From assembly GCF_009914755.1 (NCBI RefSeq), contig NC_060925.1: 64,000 nucleotides of DNA; one strand, given 5' to 3'. Below, piece by piece: positions 1-15,225 of the stretch. The translations under genes were made by a program, and so were the position numbers. How positions within the stretch are numbered: the stretch's first letter is position 1; every line of letters starts with the position of its first letter. Origin of the DNA: the human T2T-CHM13v2.0 reference genome, Homo sapiens. The notes beneath the pieces were generated by a model, which saw only the letters and a program-made list of their open reading frames with translations, had not been told where the DNA came from and made no database searches.

Positions 1-2
1 CA

Positions 3-425
<423 letters not shown>

Positions 426-759
426 TAACAGGTATGAGTTCCAACAACTTCTGCTTTATGTTCTCTTTCTATACGTGTTCTCTGCTCCCTGTGTCTCTGG
501 GGAGAAAGAAATTTTTCTCTTCCTCTCTAAGTTAGCCACTTCTCTGCTGTTATCTTCTTTTGGTTGGGATCTTGCCATCTCACTTGTTCCCAAGATTCCC
601 AGTAACAGCAGTGTCTCCCTCTTGTCTGGAGGAAGGACTGGCAGATCCCTATGGATTTATATGGGTAAACTCCACTTCCCTTCACTCTGTGTCTCTCCTC
701 CAGCCACTGTCCCATTCCTCCCCTTCACAGATGCATCCCTAGTCTCTAGGCCCCCTTCT

Positions 760-965
760 CTCAAGAGAACTTTCCATGATGAAGGAAATATTCTCTGTCT
801 GTACTAGTAAAAGCACAAGTCTGTCCAAGTAGCCACCAAGTATTTGAGGTTATTGAGCACTTGAAATGCGACTAGTGGCACTTGAAGAAGAGAAATTTTA
901 ATTCTTTGTCTTTAATTTAAATTGGAAATAGTCACACTTGGCAAGTGCCTACCATAATGGACAAT
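760..965. mobile_element. MER3-like hAT-Charlie DNA transposon
   Basis: agaactttccatgatgaaggaaatattct...ttattgagcacttgaaatgcgactagt...taccataatggaca resembles the MER3 consensus as recalled. Confidence 0.7.
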
Positions 966-1269
966 AAACATTCCCCTTCAGATTTCTTCAACTGAACCAC
1001 AGAAAGTTATTTAAGTGTATCTCCCCAACTCTCCAAAGGATAGTGCATAACTGGTACCATTCCAACATGTATAGAGGAGAAGTTAGCTCATTACCTACAG
1101 TGGATACCTGAGGGCATTAGGACTTTATTCTCTTTATTTCAGTAATGGAGTTTGTCCTCTCATACTCATTGAAAGAGGAAGTCCAAATATCTATCATTTG
1201 CAAAGACCATCAGTGATCTTTGTAAGTTTCTCTTTCTTAATTTCTAACTGTCTTATTCTTCTTTACTTA

Positions 1270-1576
<307 letters not shown>

Positions 1577-1890
1577 CTAACTCTCTTTTTTAATCAAATT
1601 GATTACTGTCCTCCAAATGTTACTTTTACTTTTCTACTTTTCAGCCTTGTATTATACGATCTCCTCAGCTTCTTACAACTTTCTTCTTCCCTACACTTAC
1701 CAAATCACTTACATTTCTTCAAGGCTCATTGTCTAGCTCTTCTGACAAGCTTCCACAGACCGTATAAGTCTAAGAAAATTGCAGTCCTTAGTCTATATAT
1801 ATTAAAAAAAATCTTATTGAACACTTACTATATTCCAGACAAGTATGAAAGATGGATAGAGTGGTTAATAGTAATGATAATAATAGATTA

Positions 1891-2180
<290 letters not shown>

Positions 2181-2194
2181 AATAATAATAGATT

Positions 2195-2380
2195 AATATT
2201 TGTTGAAGACTTCTTATATGTCACATACTCTTCCAAGCTCTGTGTGTGCATTATTTCATTTACTTCTCATGATTACCCAGTGAGATAGATATTACTGTTA
2301 TATCACTTTTACAAACAGGGAAACTGAGGCATTTAAAAATAATAACATGCCCAGGTCTCCTGATCAGTAAGTGACAGAAA
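2195..2380 (-). mobile_element. MIR SINE
   Basis: MIR core ttttacaaacagggaaactgaggca...catgcccaggtc...agtaagtgacaga. Confidence 0.75.
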
Positions 2381-2734
2381 GGTACTGCTTGTACACAGTT
2401 ATATCCCAGCACCTACCAAGTCTTCTTAATGCTCAACAGAACTAAAGAACTCCTATTTTTAAATGTCTTCTACTTTTATTTTGATGTTAACATTTGTATT
2501 GTGATTACCCTTTTGTTACTAAATGTCACATACATAGGCTGCTCCTCTCAATAACATTATAAACTTCTAAGGTAGAGACCAAGCTGTCTGCTCCTTTGTA
2601 GTCTTAGCAAGCACTTAACAACATATTTTAGGTAGTATCTTTCAAATTATGGATATGGCTGATTAATGAGTTTTAGGTTCTAAAGTCAGTTTACTGTGTT
2701 CACATCCAGTTTTTTAATGAAATAGAATGAAATA

Positions 2735-3300
2735 ATAAACAGTGGCACACCTATGCAATGGAATATTTAGCAATAAAAAGAATGAGCTGTCATGTTGTGT
2801 AAAGACATGGAGGACCCTTAAATGGATATTACTAAGTAAAAGGAGCCAGGCTTAAAAGGTTATGTACTGGACAATTCTGACAATATGATATTCTGGAAAA
2901 GGCAAAACTGTGGGGACAGTAAAATGATGACTGGTTGCCAAGAGTTAGCGTAGAGGGAGGGATGAACAGGTTGGAGCATGCGGTATTTTTAAGGCGGTGA
3001 AACTATTTTGTATAATACTATAATGGTGGATACATCATTATAGATTTGTCAAAATCCGCAGAATGTACAACACGGAGAGTGAACCCTAATTTAAACTATA
3101 GATTTTAGCTGGTAGTAATATATCAATATTGGTTCACTTGTTATAACAAATATGCTACATTAATGCAAGGTATTAATAACAAAGGAAACTGTGTGTGAGA
3201 AGGGGGAAAGGAAAGATAGTTTATAGGAACTCTCTGTAGTTTCTGTTCTACTTTTCTGCAAACCTAAAACTACCATAAATAATAAATAAATAATAAAGCC
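2735..3300 (+). mobile_element. L1M (L1MC-like) 3' end
   Basis: atggaatatt...aaaaggcaaaactgtgggacagtaaaa...tttgtcaaaatccgcagaatgtacaacac...gtgaaccctaat...ggaactctctgta followed by an A-rich tail. Confidence 0.8.
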
Positions 3301-3314
3301 TATTAATTAAAAAA

Positions 3315-3398
3315 AACAGAATAGAATAGAATGTATCTAAGCACATCATGCATTGTGAGGATAAAAACTGTTTAAGGAAATATCTGTTTCAGTTTTAG

Positions 3399-3442
<44 letters not shown>

Positions 3443-3490
3443 CTTACTGTGGATAAGAGGTTAAAAAAAAGTTTGAAAGCTGTCGTTTTA
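3315..3490. mobile_element. Old hAT-Charlie element fragment (MER103C-like) containing (TG)n
   Basis: agaatagaatagaa...tgtttcagtt...tcttactgtgga...aaaaaagtttgaaagc. Confidence 0.45.
3400..3440. repeat. (TG)n microsatellite, about 20 units
   Basis: Direct reading. Confidence 0.98.
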
Positions 3491-4046
3491 GAGATTGTTG
3501 CAAATACACTTCTTATTTCTCAGCTGATTGAAAACACTGCATAGAGTTCTAGTAATGATTGTAAACCTGCCTCCCATAAGCAGGAAGAGTCCTAGTAGGT
3601 ATGAAGTGTGATTGACATGTCTGATTTTGAAATGACTGTACATGATTGTAGTAGGAGACTTTATGAAAACCTTTAACCTTGGGAAATAAAATTAACCCAA
3701 ACGATGTGGATGACAACATGCATTTTGTCAAGGCATTCATTTATCGGTATTTCTGATTTGGTATGGTAGCACCCTATTCAAATTTTGATAAAATATTGGG
3801 AGAAACTTAATTTTTCTGTTGAGAACAGCACAATTGAATTATAGCCGCAAAGCAATATCAAGCCTAATATGTAGGAAATTCTTAAAATAACCTGGCCCAC
3901 CATTGTCCCCCAGCCTTACTCAGGACAGGTATCCAGAGAGTACAAGTATCTAGTAACTTGACAGACCCAAGTTAATAGTTTTCTGCAATGGATATTAATA
4001 AATATAGGAGTGTTTATTTGGTGATATTGTTTTTGTTTGTTTTTCG

Positions 4047-4385
4047 CTCCTCCTCCTCCTCCTCTACTTCTTCCTTCTCCTTTGTCCTCTTCTTCTTTCT
4101 TCCCTCCTCCTCCACTTCCTCTTCCTCCTCCTCTTCTTCTTCCTCTTCCTTCTCCTTCTCCTTTCTCCTCTTTCTCCTCTTCCTCCTCCTCCTCTTCTTC
4201 TTCTTCTTCTTCTTCTTCTTCTTCTTCTTCTTCTTCTTCTTCTTCTTCTTCTCCTTCTTCTTCTTCTTCTTCTCCTCTTCTTCTTCCTTCTCCTTTCTCC
4301 TCTTCCTTCTCCTCTCTTCCTTCCTTCCTTGTCCTTCTCCTTCTTCTTTCTCTTCCTCTTCTTCTTTTCTTCTTCTTTTTCTTCT
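4047..4385. repeat. Homopyrimidine CT-rich tract containing pure (CTT)19 at 4194-4250
   Basis: Direct reading; only about 4 purines in about 340 nt. Confidence 0.97.
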
Positions 4386-5109
4386 GTTTTTTAAATCTCT
4401 CACATGTATTGCTGTGTTTGGGAAGCAGAAGGTCTCAGTCAGTCGGGGCTGTCCCGGTGCCGGGCAGCTCTGATGTTAGGGCTGAGGAGGTGCCTCTGTT
4501 CTGCCCACTCTGCTGCCTGCTGCTCTCCACTCTCACCTGCTTTGCATGTCTCTGCCTGCACCCCCCTCCTTTTCCAGCAGATCACTAGCAGAGCTTTAGC
4601 TTTTACCTCAGCTAACTTAAGAGCTTTTGTCTTCTCAGGTAACTCAAAAGAGTTTACACCCTGGATTTTGTGAACAGTTTGTTAAATTCCTGAGTTTCTA
4701 CAATTCCCATTAAACACAGCCATATGTCTTTCGATTGTGCCACATCCCCTGGAGAGGGAAAGCTGAATGTTTCCTGTGACAACCAACGGAAGGAAATCTG
4801 GTCCCATGCCGGTGCCCTCAGAGTCGATGGGATGGAGTCCTAAGAGAAAGGAAGAATACACACTAGTAAATTAATTTGTAGTGTACTGCCCACTTATTTT
4901 TAGGCCTGTTTGTATTTTTAAAGCACAATAACTAAAACTGAAGCTTTATATATTAGGTTTCCAAATAAAATAAGTTAGGCTTAAATCTGAGACTGGAGTT
5001 GAACAGTGCCAATGTCCTCGTAAATTTTGTACAATGGAAATCTAAATACATGCATTTTGCACTTCGTTAATTGTAGAATGCGCTTACCATTTTCACTATT
5101 CCTTTAGAC

Positions 5110-5243
5110 ACTTTAAAAATACATATTCCTGGGCCTTACCTCAGGCCTCCTGAATTAGAATCACTGGAGTGGTACCCAGAAAGCTGTCCCTTTAAAGAAA
5201 TCTCAGGAAATTTCTGATGATTTCACATAGCTAGGGAACCAGT
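5110..5243. mobile_element. MER5-like DNA transposon fragment
   Basis: attcctgggccttacctcaggcctcctgaattagaatcactggagtgg...gggaaccagt. Confidence 0.55.
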
Positions 5244-6861
5244 AGGATGAAATGTTGGTTGGTAAGTGATCCATTTAAATATCAAAACAATTTTCTAAAA
5301 TATGTGTAACACTTAAAGAAAAAAATTAACATTTTTTTCTTCATCAGGAAACCAAGTTTCCCAAATGGGATACTCAAATTTATCCTCTGGGTCTTCCTTC
5401 TGGTTTTCGTGAAGAATTAAAAGCTACCAAAATTCTATTTTAGTCTTTGTTTTAAAAATATTTTTAGGACATCAGAAAGCAGTAGATGACTATTCATTCA
5501 TCCAAGAATCCTCTTTGCCTACAAATATTTACATAGTCCTTTTGAGCATAAAGCGTTATCTTCACGTAAGTCATCCTGTTAAATCCAGCTCTATGAGTGC
5601 ATGTGCATAGCTTGGGAAGGAAAATGGCTTTTATTCCATTTTTAATTTATCACCAATTCAATGATCCAACAGTGTCAAAGGCATTGTTAAAAGTCCTGCT
5701 TGTGTGTGGCATGGTTCTTTGTGCTCTTGAATGAAAGTGACAGGGCTTCCTACATACCTCTAAAATACTTTCCAAAACTTTTCATTTTTTTTATTCTGCA
5801 AGATGGAGAAAACGGTTGCCATTGCCCTTTTGGAAAAATGACCTGTATGGTTTGGAAACTTTATTGTTTTTTCTCTTACCCCTCATCTTGAGAATCTCTC
5901 CTGGTGAGCCCTAGGCCCCTTCCTTCCTCTTAGTCTCATACGAAGACTGTGAGTCCCCTGCGGCCATACCTGGGAGTTGTCCAGTCTCCCTCCCTGGGTA
6001 GCACCCTCTCTGGGACTCTAGCCCCTCTCCCTTCTTCTGTCCTCCCCTATGATCTCATGTTACCCTCTTTGAAGCCTTTCTCTTCCATGTTTCAATGTTG
6101 CACATCCGTAGTGGAGAAATCCAGTGCCTTCTAGGCAAGGCCCGTTCTCAGTGTGGGTCTTCCTGGCTTCTCAGTGTACTTCTTGTCTACTTTTCACCAC
6201 GGTTCGGTCTACTCTTGATAGCGGCTTTGCCAAATCTCCCTCTCCCTTCCTGTCCCTTCAAACCAATGTTCTCCTAGAGAACCTGTCACCTGCTGTTCTG
6301 AGGAAACTAGAACCCACACATCTGCACCCCAGGCCCCTGCAGCAGATCTGTCTCTGTGTGCTCATTCTCCCATCACACCATCGGTCTCTGAAAAAAAATG
6401 GTCCCTTCCACGACTATATTCACTTTTCTCCATCCTCTCTCTCTTGTCCTTTTAGCCTGATTTCTTATGCTGGCATTTCCAACGTTAAAAGTTTGTTTTT
6501 CTCTGAAAAAAAAAAAAAAAAAAGACTTTTTCTAGACCTTACCTCCCTGTCTTCTTTAACTCATTCAAAAAGACGTTGAGCGCCTGCTGTATGCCCAGTG
6601 CCGCTTCCTGTAATCAGCGGCCATTTTTCTGCTTTCCCTGAGCTGCTAGGCTCCTCAGCATCGTCTGCACTTCCACCTTGGTCCCTCTCATCTTGAATTT
6701 GTTGCCACTTTGCACCTATCCTCTAATTACCTTGAACCATTGGTCTTAAAGGTTATCAGTGAACCCTTCTCCTTTTTAATGGAAGCTATTTTTTTCCTGA
6801 TTTTTCTAACTGAAAACATAGAATTTGAGGCAATTGTTACCTTTTGGTTTTTTTGGAATGT

Positions 6862-7831
<970 letters not shown>

Positions 7832-8009
7832 TGTTACTTATTTCTGGACAGTGCCATCAATAATATCTCACAATTATGTGTTCTTCCACTTTCTCCTGTT
7901 ATTTCCTGGGTTTGTGGCTGGATTTTTCTTTTCCACCACCTGCCTCCTGAAATAGATAACATTTCCTGAGTCTGAGCTCTCTGCCCCTCCCATTAGACAC
8001 TCTCTCTCT

Positions 8010-8360
8010 CTTTTACAATATCAACTTTTATTTTAGATTCGGGGGTACATATCAGGTTTGTTACCTGGTTATACTGTGGGAGGCTGAGGTTTGGGGTATG
8101 ACTGATCCCGTTACCCAGGAAGTGAGCATAGTGTCCAACAATTAGTTTCTCAACATTTCCCCCTCCTCCCAGCTCTAGTAGGCCCAGTGTTTACTGTTGT
8201 CATCTTTATGTCCATGAGTACACAATGTTTAGCTCCCACTTACAGGGAGAACATGCAGTATTTGGGTTTCTGTTCTTTTGTTAATTCACTTAGAATAATG
8301 GCCTCCAGCTGCATCCATGTTGCAGCAAACGACACGATTTGTTCTTTTTTATGGCTGCGT
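8010..8360 (-). mobile_element. Older L1PA (about L1PA13-16) 3' end
   Basis: acttttattttagattcgggggtacat...gctgaggtttggggtatgactgatcccgttacccagg; gacactct flanks both sides (possible TSD). Confidence 0.85.
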
Positions 8361-9406
8361 GACACTCTTTTCTTCTTAATCTGCATCTCTTCTCAAATCA
8401 CTCTGTTAGCTGTTGTGCAGGTAGATCATCTTTATATTTTCATTTTTAATGATCTCTCCATGGCTTAATTTCTTTGTATCACGAATTGCTTATATTGGCA
8501 GCTGAGCAAGCCACCTTCACAGCTTATTCAGCATCTCTACAACACAGATTTATTTACTACAGTCTTTCCTAAAATCCATACACACATACACCCAGCACAG
8601 ACACATTCCTTTTTCTTTTAATCTCCAAGGCATTACTGTTCCCTTGCCTTATAAAAATAAGTTCTCTTCTCTGTCCAGTCAGGTGAGACGTCTGGTCCAA
8701 TGTCCCGCATATCCCATGCAGACCTCAGCATCCAAGTCCACTGTCATGTGCGGAGACTCATGCAGACATCTCATATGCACCATTACAAGGCCTTTTCTCC
8801 CCTACATCCTATCAGGACGGCTTTTCATGATCACCCTGCCTCAACACTCTCAGCTGTGGACTGAGGGTCACCACTTTTGGGCAGATGTTAATTGTGTGTC
8901 CAAGATAGGAAAATTTAGACTCCACGAAGAAACTGAAGCTCAAGGGGGAGAATTAAGTTCTCAGAGAAGCACCTCTTCATCCTTTCCCTTGTCACGTGCT
9001 ACCTCCTGTAAGTGCACATGCCCTGGTCAAGCTGTCTAAATATGTTCTGTGCTACAGGCTTTCGGATGTTTTTCTGTGTGCACAAACCCCCTTATCTTGA
9101 AAGTTTTCCTGTCAAAACTCTACCCAGCTCTTCAGAATCCAACACAAATCACCTTTCTCTGTCATGTCTTTTATTGTCTTCCCATACCTGATAGGAACAG
9201 AATCATCCATCTGTGCTCTTGTACATTTGTAACTCTAGTACAAACCCATTTTTCTCCTACAACTTAAAAGCAATATGTAATAAGTGTTTTGTTTTACATT
9301 GCTTTTTGGAATTGGTGCAGACTCCATGCTACCTAATTTTATTAAGAATTCACTACTACTTAAAAGTGTTCTCTTTTTTTTATCACTTAAGGTCAAATAC
9401 ACTTTT

Positions 9407-9728
9407 TCTTTTCTTTTTTTTCCCCTTTCTTTTTTTTTTTTTTTTTTTTTTTTTTTGAGACAGAGTCTTGCTCTGTTGCCCAGGCTGGAGTGCAGTGGCG
9501 TGATCTTGGCTGACTGCAACCTCTGCCTCCGAGGCCCAAGCAATTCTCATGCCTCAGCCTCCTGAGTAGCTGGGATTACAGGCTTGAACTACCACCTGTA
9601 ATATTTTTAGTAGAGATGGGTTTTCGCCATGTTAGCCAGCTTGGTCTCGAATTCCTGACCTGAAGTGATCTGCCCACCTCAGCATCCCAAAGTGCTGGGA
9701 TTACAGGTGTGAGCCACCATGTCTGGCC
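9407..9728 (-). mobile_element. AluS with 13-bp TSD and short internal deletion
   Basis: caaatacactttt at 9394-9406 and 9729-9741. Confidence 0.95.
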
Positions 9729-11419
9729 CAAATACACTTTTAAAATGTGATGTGTCCCCCACTTCTCGAACCTCTTTTCCTTTAATGTTTAGTCTGAGCA
9801 TTGCTTCCAGATACCTTTTACATAAAGACCATCTCTATCACTTCAGTCTTCCACTCAAAGCATTTTAATAACTCTGCATTGCTCTTGGGATAAAGTACAG
9901 GAAGATATAGTTAAAATGTAAAAGAATTGTGTCTAAAGGAAAATTAGAATTCTACAGTAATAGAATTTTGTATTGCCTCTGTACAGCTTAGGCTCAAACA
10001 TTCTGATGCTTTACCATTCTAGGTTAACATTAAAAATAACTCTCAACTCATCCATACTGTGTTGGCTTCTGTAGAGCAGAATTCTAATTTATCACATCAG
10101 AGTGTGACTGCAGAAGCTTATGTTTGTTGGTGATTAGGATGTGTTTTCTTGTCCAGTCTTGCTCATTAGAAAGACAGTTTGGGGTCTTATTCAGAGAACA
10201 AACCAGTAGTTCTAGAGATAATAGGATTAGGAGAAATGCCATATTCCACTTTACACCGCACTAAGAAACTGAAAGGGACATTAATTTCTTTAAAGGGCAT
10301 CCCTGCCTGCATAGTTGAACACTATCTTCTTTCTGCGTCCTTAATCAATTTCTTTTCTGAGCGACTTCATCCTGAGCTTCCATCTCCCCGAAAATTCCCT
10401 GAGGCACTGTCAGCATGGTGTGGAGCCTGTTGATCCTTGGTGCCGGGGCTGGAATAGGCTGTGCACTCCTGGACACAAACCCTACTCACATGACTCTTAG
10501 CTTGGAGCCAGCGTTCCCCGAAGTTAGGCGAGATTTCTAATGCCTTAAAAGGGAAAGGTAGGGTAAAAATAATTAAGTCCAATATTCTTTCCCTTTTAAA
10601 CTTTTTATACGCTCCTTTCTTTGTCTTTGTTATGTGAATTTGACTTCTTTGTTCTGTTTCAGACAACTTGTAAGGACAAGTTGTTATTCACCCAGTTAAC
10701 AAAGTGGCATTTCTCTACATGTTGTTGTTTTATTTTTTCCTTAAAAAGGGATTTATTTCTGCAGGCCTGGCATTACTGTTTTGTTTTCTTAATACTTTGC
10801 TCGATGAAATGGTTAAGAGCACTAAATATCATTATTGTTTAATATAAAGAACCAGACTCAGATTTAACTAATTTTCCTCAAATTTTTCAGGTCTTGACCT
10901 ACACGTGTCACCCAAGTTGATTCTAAGCTGAAAGGGACTGTTGACTAAAAGATAAAAGGGGAAAAAAATTCTAGAATGACAGAAAAGTTAGAAAGACCCA
11001 GAAAGACTTTATACATGACCAGGGGATAATAACGTGGAAGGGGTTATACCAGACACCTCATTCTAATATACTAATTATAATATTGTCATTTAAAATGCAA
11101 TCCACTGTATTAAAAAAGGTTTTGAATAGAAAGTTACAAACATATTCAAAAGCAGAGAGAATACTATAATCAACCCACTATACCCATCTTGCAGCTTCAA
11201 TAATTAGCAATATATGGCCATGGCCAACTCGTTTCTTTTACATGGCCCTCCTTTCCCACAAATGCTGGATTATTTTAGAAACAAACACAAGACAAAAATA
11301 TCTCTGCATGTACTAAATTAATATTCAATATTAAAGATGACTCTTGAAATACGAGATTTTAAGAGATCAGTCTGATATTATAAAATAATAAGAAGCCAGT
11401 TAAGGTTTTGTTTTAATCA

Positions 11420-12520
11420 ACTATATTAAGGCATAATACATGTGCAATAACAAGCGCTCATCTTTAGTGTATATTTGGATGAGATTAGAGAAGTTTATCT
11501 ACCATGTTGCTACCACTAAATCAAGCCCTAACATATTTTCACCATCACGCCAAGTTCTCTTATACCTCTTCCTAGTTGCTGTAAACACATGCCACCCCCA
11601 CCCCAAGCCCCAGGAAAAATGCTTTTCTGCTTTCTGGCCCATAGACTCTATTTCTTTTTTCTAGAGCTTTATAAAAATAAAATCATAGGTAAAATATTTC
11701 TGTGTCTGACTTCTTTTGCACAGTGTGTTTTTGAAATTTACATATATTGTGAACATCAGTAGTTCATCACTTTGTATTGCATCTTTAAGATTCCATTGCA
11801 TGACAGTATCACATTTTGCTTCTCCAGCCCATCTGATGGATAATTGTTTTTTGGTTTTTGTTTTTATGGAGATAGAGTCTCACTCTGTCGCCCAGGCTGG
11901 AGTGCAGTGACATAATCTCGGCTCACTGCAACCTCTGCCTCCCAGATTCAAGAGCCTCCCAGATTCAAGAGATTCTCCTGCCTCAGCTTCCCAAGCAGCT
12001 GGGATTACAGGCGTGCTCCACCACACCCAGCTAATTTTTGTATTTTTAGTAGAGATGAGGTTTCACCATGTTGATCAGGCTGGTCTCGAACTCCCAACCT
12101 CAGGTGATCTACCCCCCCCCACCTCAGTTTCCCAAAGTGGGATAATTGAGTTTTTTCTTTCCCAGTTTGGGGTGACTGTGGATAGTTTCTGTGAACTTCA
12201 TATGCAAGTTTCTGAGTAGACTTGTATTTTTCACTTCTCTTTGGTGAATAAGTAGGAGTATAATTGCTCAGCAGTATATATTAAATATGTGTTTAGCTAC
12301 ATAATAAATTTTCCATTGTGTGTTTTCTAAAGTAGTTGTACCACATTACATTCCCATCAGCAGTGTATGAGAGTTATAGTTGCTTCCCGTCTCTGCCAAC
12401 ATAGATGTATTATGTTGTTCTAATTTTGCCATTCTTACGGTATGGGATAGTATCTTATTGTGGCTTTCATCTGCATTTTCCTAATCACTAATTTTGTTTA
12501 GCATCTTTTTCATAGGATTA
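11420..12520 (-). mobile_element. Old L1M (L1ME/MD-like) fragment interrupted by an Alu
   Basis: tgtgtctgacttcttttgcacagtgtgtttttgaaatt...gtaccacattacattcccatcagcagtgtatgagagtt...ttgtggctttcatctgcattttcctaat. Confidence 0.75.
11847..12141 (-). mobile_element. AluS with internal 17-bp tandem duplication
   Basis: gcctcccagattcaaga x2 at 11937-11970; gataattg flanks both ends. Confidence 0.9.
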
Positions 12521-12636
12521 CTAGACTCCTCAAATTCTAATCAACCATTTCTTCAACTCAGTGAGGCAACCAAACTCACTGTGGGTTCTCTTGTCTCTAC
12601 CCATTTTCCAGAAATTTCTTCAAAATAAAAAGCCCA

Positions 12637-12926
12637 GGCTGGGCGCAGTGGCTCACCCTGTAATCCCAACACCTTGGGAGACCGTACAGAGAGGATCACT
12701 TGAGTCCAGAGTTTGAGACCAGCTTGGTCCACAGAGGAAGACCCCATCTCTACATTTTGTATTAATTAGCTGGACATGGTGGTGCACTCTATAGTCCCAG
12801 CTACTGGGGAGGCTGAGGTTGGAGGACCCCCTTCAGCCTAGGAGGTGAAGCCTGCAGCAAGCCAGGATCACTCCAGTGCACTCCAGCCTGGGTGACAGAG
12901 CAAGATCATGTCAAAAAGAAAAAAAA
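12637..12926 (+). mobile_element. AluJ
   Basis: ggctgggcgcagtggctcac...gaggatcacttgagtccag...ctgggtgacagagcaaga with A tail; aaaa(g)gcccag flanks. Confidence 0.9.
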
Positions 12927-13938
12927 GGCCCAGATGCAGCTTTTCCTTCTCACATTTACCACAGTTATGCACTGCCTGTTGTCCCATTATTGAAAACAGT
13001 TATTTTATTTTACTTTTTTTTTTTTGAGGAGGTGAGGTGGGGTGTAGGTTACATTTCATCCTGTTACTCTGCCTTGGATATAATTGGAAATCCAGAGTAG
13101 TTTTTGAGAAATAATTTCTAAATTCTTTTTTTAGTTTATCAAGGGCCAAGCCTGGAAAACTCAAGTCAGAATGTATGGAAGAGAATTCTTCAACTGATTA
13201 CATCTAGCCTCAGTCTCTGGTGGTAGGAGAATATGTCACCAAGAAAGAAAAGGAAAATCATGCTTCCTTGCTGAATTTGGTGAATTCTGCAAAACAAGAA
13301 TGACAGTGAAAGGGAGGAGACAAAGCAGTCTGAATCATGCCTCCCAGCTTTTCCACCTGGAATTTTATCCCAGAGAATGAAAGGCATGTTGGTAAAGATG
13401 AGTTATGCACAAGACAGGGATCCATTTCACATGTAGCCCTCTACTGATGTTTTAGTGAACTTGGAAGTTCAGCCTGTCAGTCAGAGGAAAGCCTTACAAG
13501 TTACTTTCCAGTGTGACGTAGGTGGGACCCCAAGATAGCTAGAGGACTTGGCAATGAGGACGGGATGCCATCATATGGATGAAGGCGGCTCTGTCCTGGG
13601 GGCTGCAGCACTCTAGGGCTCTGTGAGCAGACCTCAGAAAAGGCTTCCTTTTGACAGCAGGAGACAAGACCTCAGAAAAGGCTTCAGAAAAGGCCTCCTT
13701 GTCAGCAGGAGACAAGATGAGACCAAGAACAGAGATGTCGACCCAAGCTTACTAGGTCAAGAAAATGCAAATGGCATGCATGCAAGTGATAAACCTCACT
13801 GTCAATGTCAGCAGGGCTAGGAGCACCCAGATGGATAAGGAGCCACATGCCATAGATCAGAGAAGATAATCAAATTCTGGAGACACAGACTCTTTCTTCT
13901 GTTCCTGAGTTCATTTAAACCATGTCTCTTTCTTCCCA

Positions 13939-13940
<2 letters not shown>

Positions 13941-13975
<35 letters not shown>
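13941..13975. repeat. (CA)n microsatellite
   Basis: Direct reading. Confidence 0.97.
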
Positions 13976-13980
<5 letters not shown>

Positions 13981-15225
13981 GGGTAGGGGAGAAAGAATGG
14001 GAAAGGAAGGTTAAGAGGCTAACTTATCCAAAGGAGATCAAACGGTGCCTGAATTACATTTAACTTTGTGTTTCTTTTTAATACATGCAAGTATAAGCAT
14101 AATGCAGGGGGAGGGGCAAGGGTTTGTGAATTTCAAATGGTTTGTAAGATTTATAAACTTAGGGAGTGCCTGTGTTTTCTAAGAACTGTTAACCCAGGAG
14201 GTGGGTAGTGCAGTTTCCCCACCTTCCTATCATGTCTAAAAGACACGAGATTTTTTGAAGCACCAGATGTTAGAATGTACTGCCTAAAACTATCAGTGAG
14301 CCCAAGACTAGAGAGATGTGATTAGGGCACCATGTGAGACTCATGATGAACATCTTCTGGTTTACCATTCTTCCTACATGAGACAGAAGCAGCACCCCCA
14401 AATTAGCTTCGGTTTCTTCAAATGCACGTTCTTCCTGCCCAGCAGAAGACAGAATGGCTTCCCGGAGCTGGAGAACGTGTCTGGGCCATGGCCTGATGCC
14501 TTCAAGCAGAGAATGAAGGAGTGGGAGAATTCTGCAGCTCAGTTCTTTTCTTTAGCTCCGTCCTTGTCCAGAGAATGGGGTAGGAATGGGATGGAGGGAA
14601 GGTGAGAAGGTGAAATGTGCAATGCAGAGTGGAAGATTGCTGATCACGCGTTTAAAGTCATATGCAATAGCAATTCTGTCAACAAATCTTCCTATTATTG
14701 TAATCTTTTTTCCCATTAACTCTTGTTATTATAAGAAATTGATTTTCATCATACTCTCTAAGTGTCTCTCCTTCACCCCTCCTCCAATATCAAATAGTTA
14801 ATAAAGTAACAAAATAATATTGTATATGCTGGAAACTATTTAACCATGCAAACACATATATCAGCTATGTTTGCTTTTTATTTCTGTGTCTATATTTTCA
14901 TTCAACGTATATTTTAATGGGTATAATTTAATAGTACATTATAAGAATGAGATTATGATTTTAATGTATTTATAATTACTCTGCCCTAGAACAACTAATT
15001 TCTTTTTTTTCTGAGCATCCTTTTAGTTTTCATTAACATATATATAGTATCTATTTATCATCAGAGCATATAATTTTATATTCTGCTTTTGTTATCATTT
15101 TCCTTGTTGCTACCTATTTATCACTTATGGCTACTTAATGCACCATGCAATTTCTATACCTACATTTTCTTAAATGCTTTCCTGTTCGATACACAAATAG
15201 TTTCTATTATTCACTATTATAAATA

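Noticed and set aside
3988-4588. Long ORFs rich in poly-F/S/K/E
   Set aside because: Translations of the CT-rich simple repeat, which lacks stop codons
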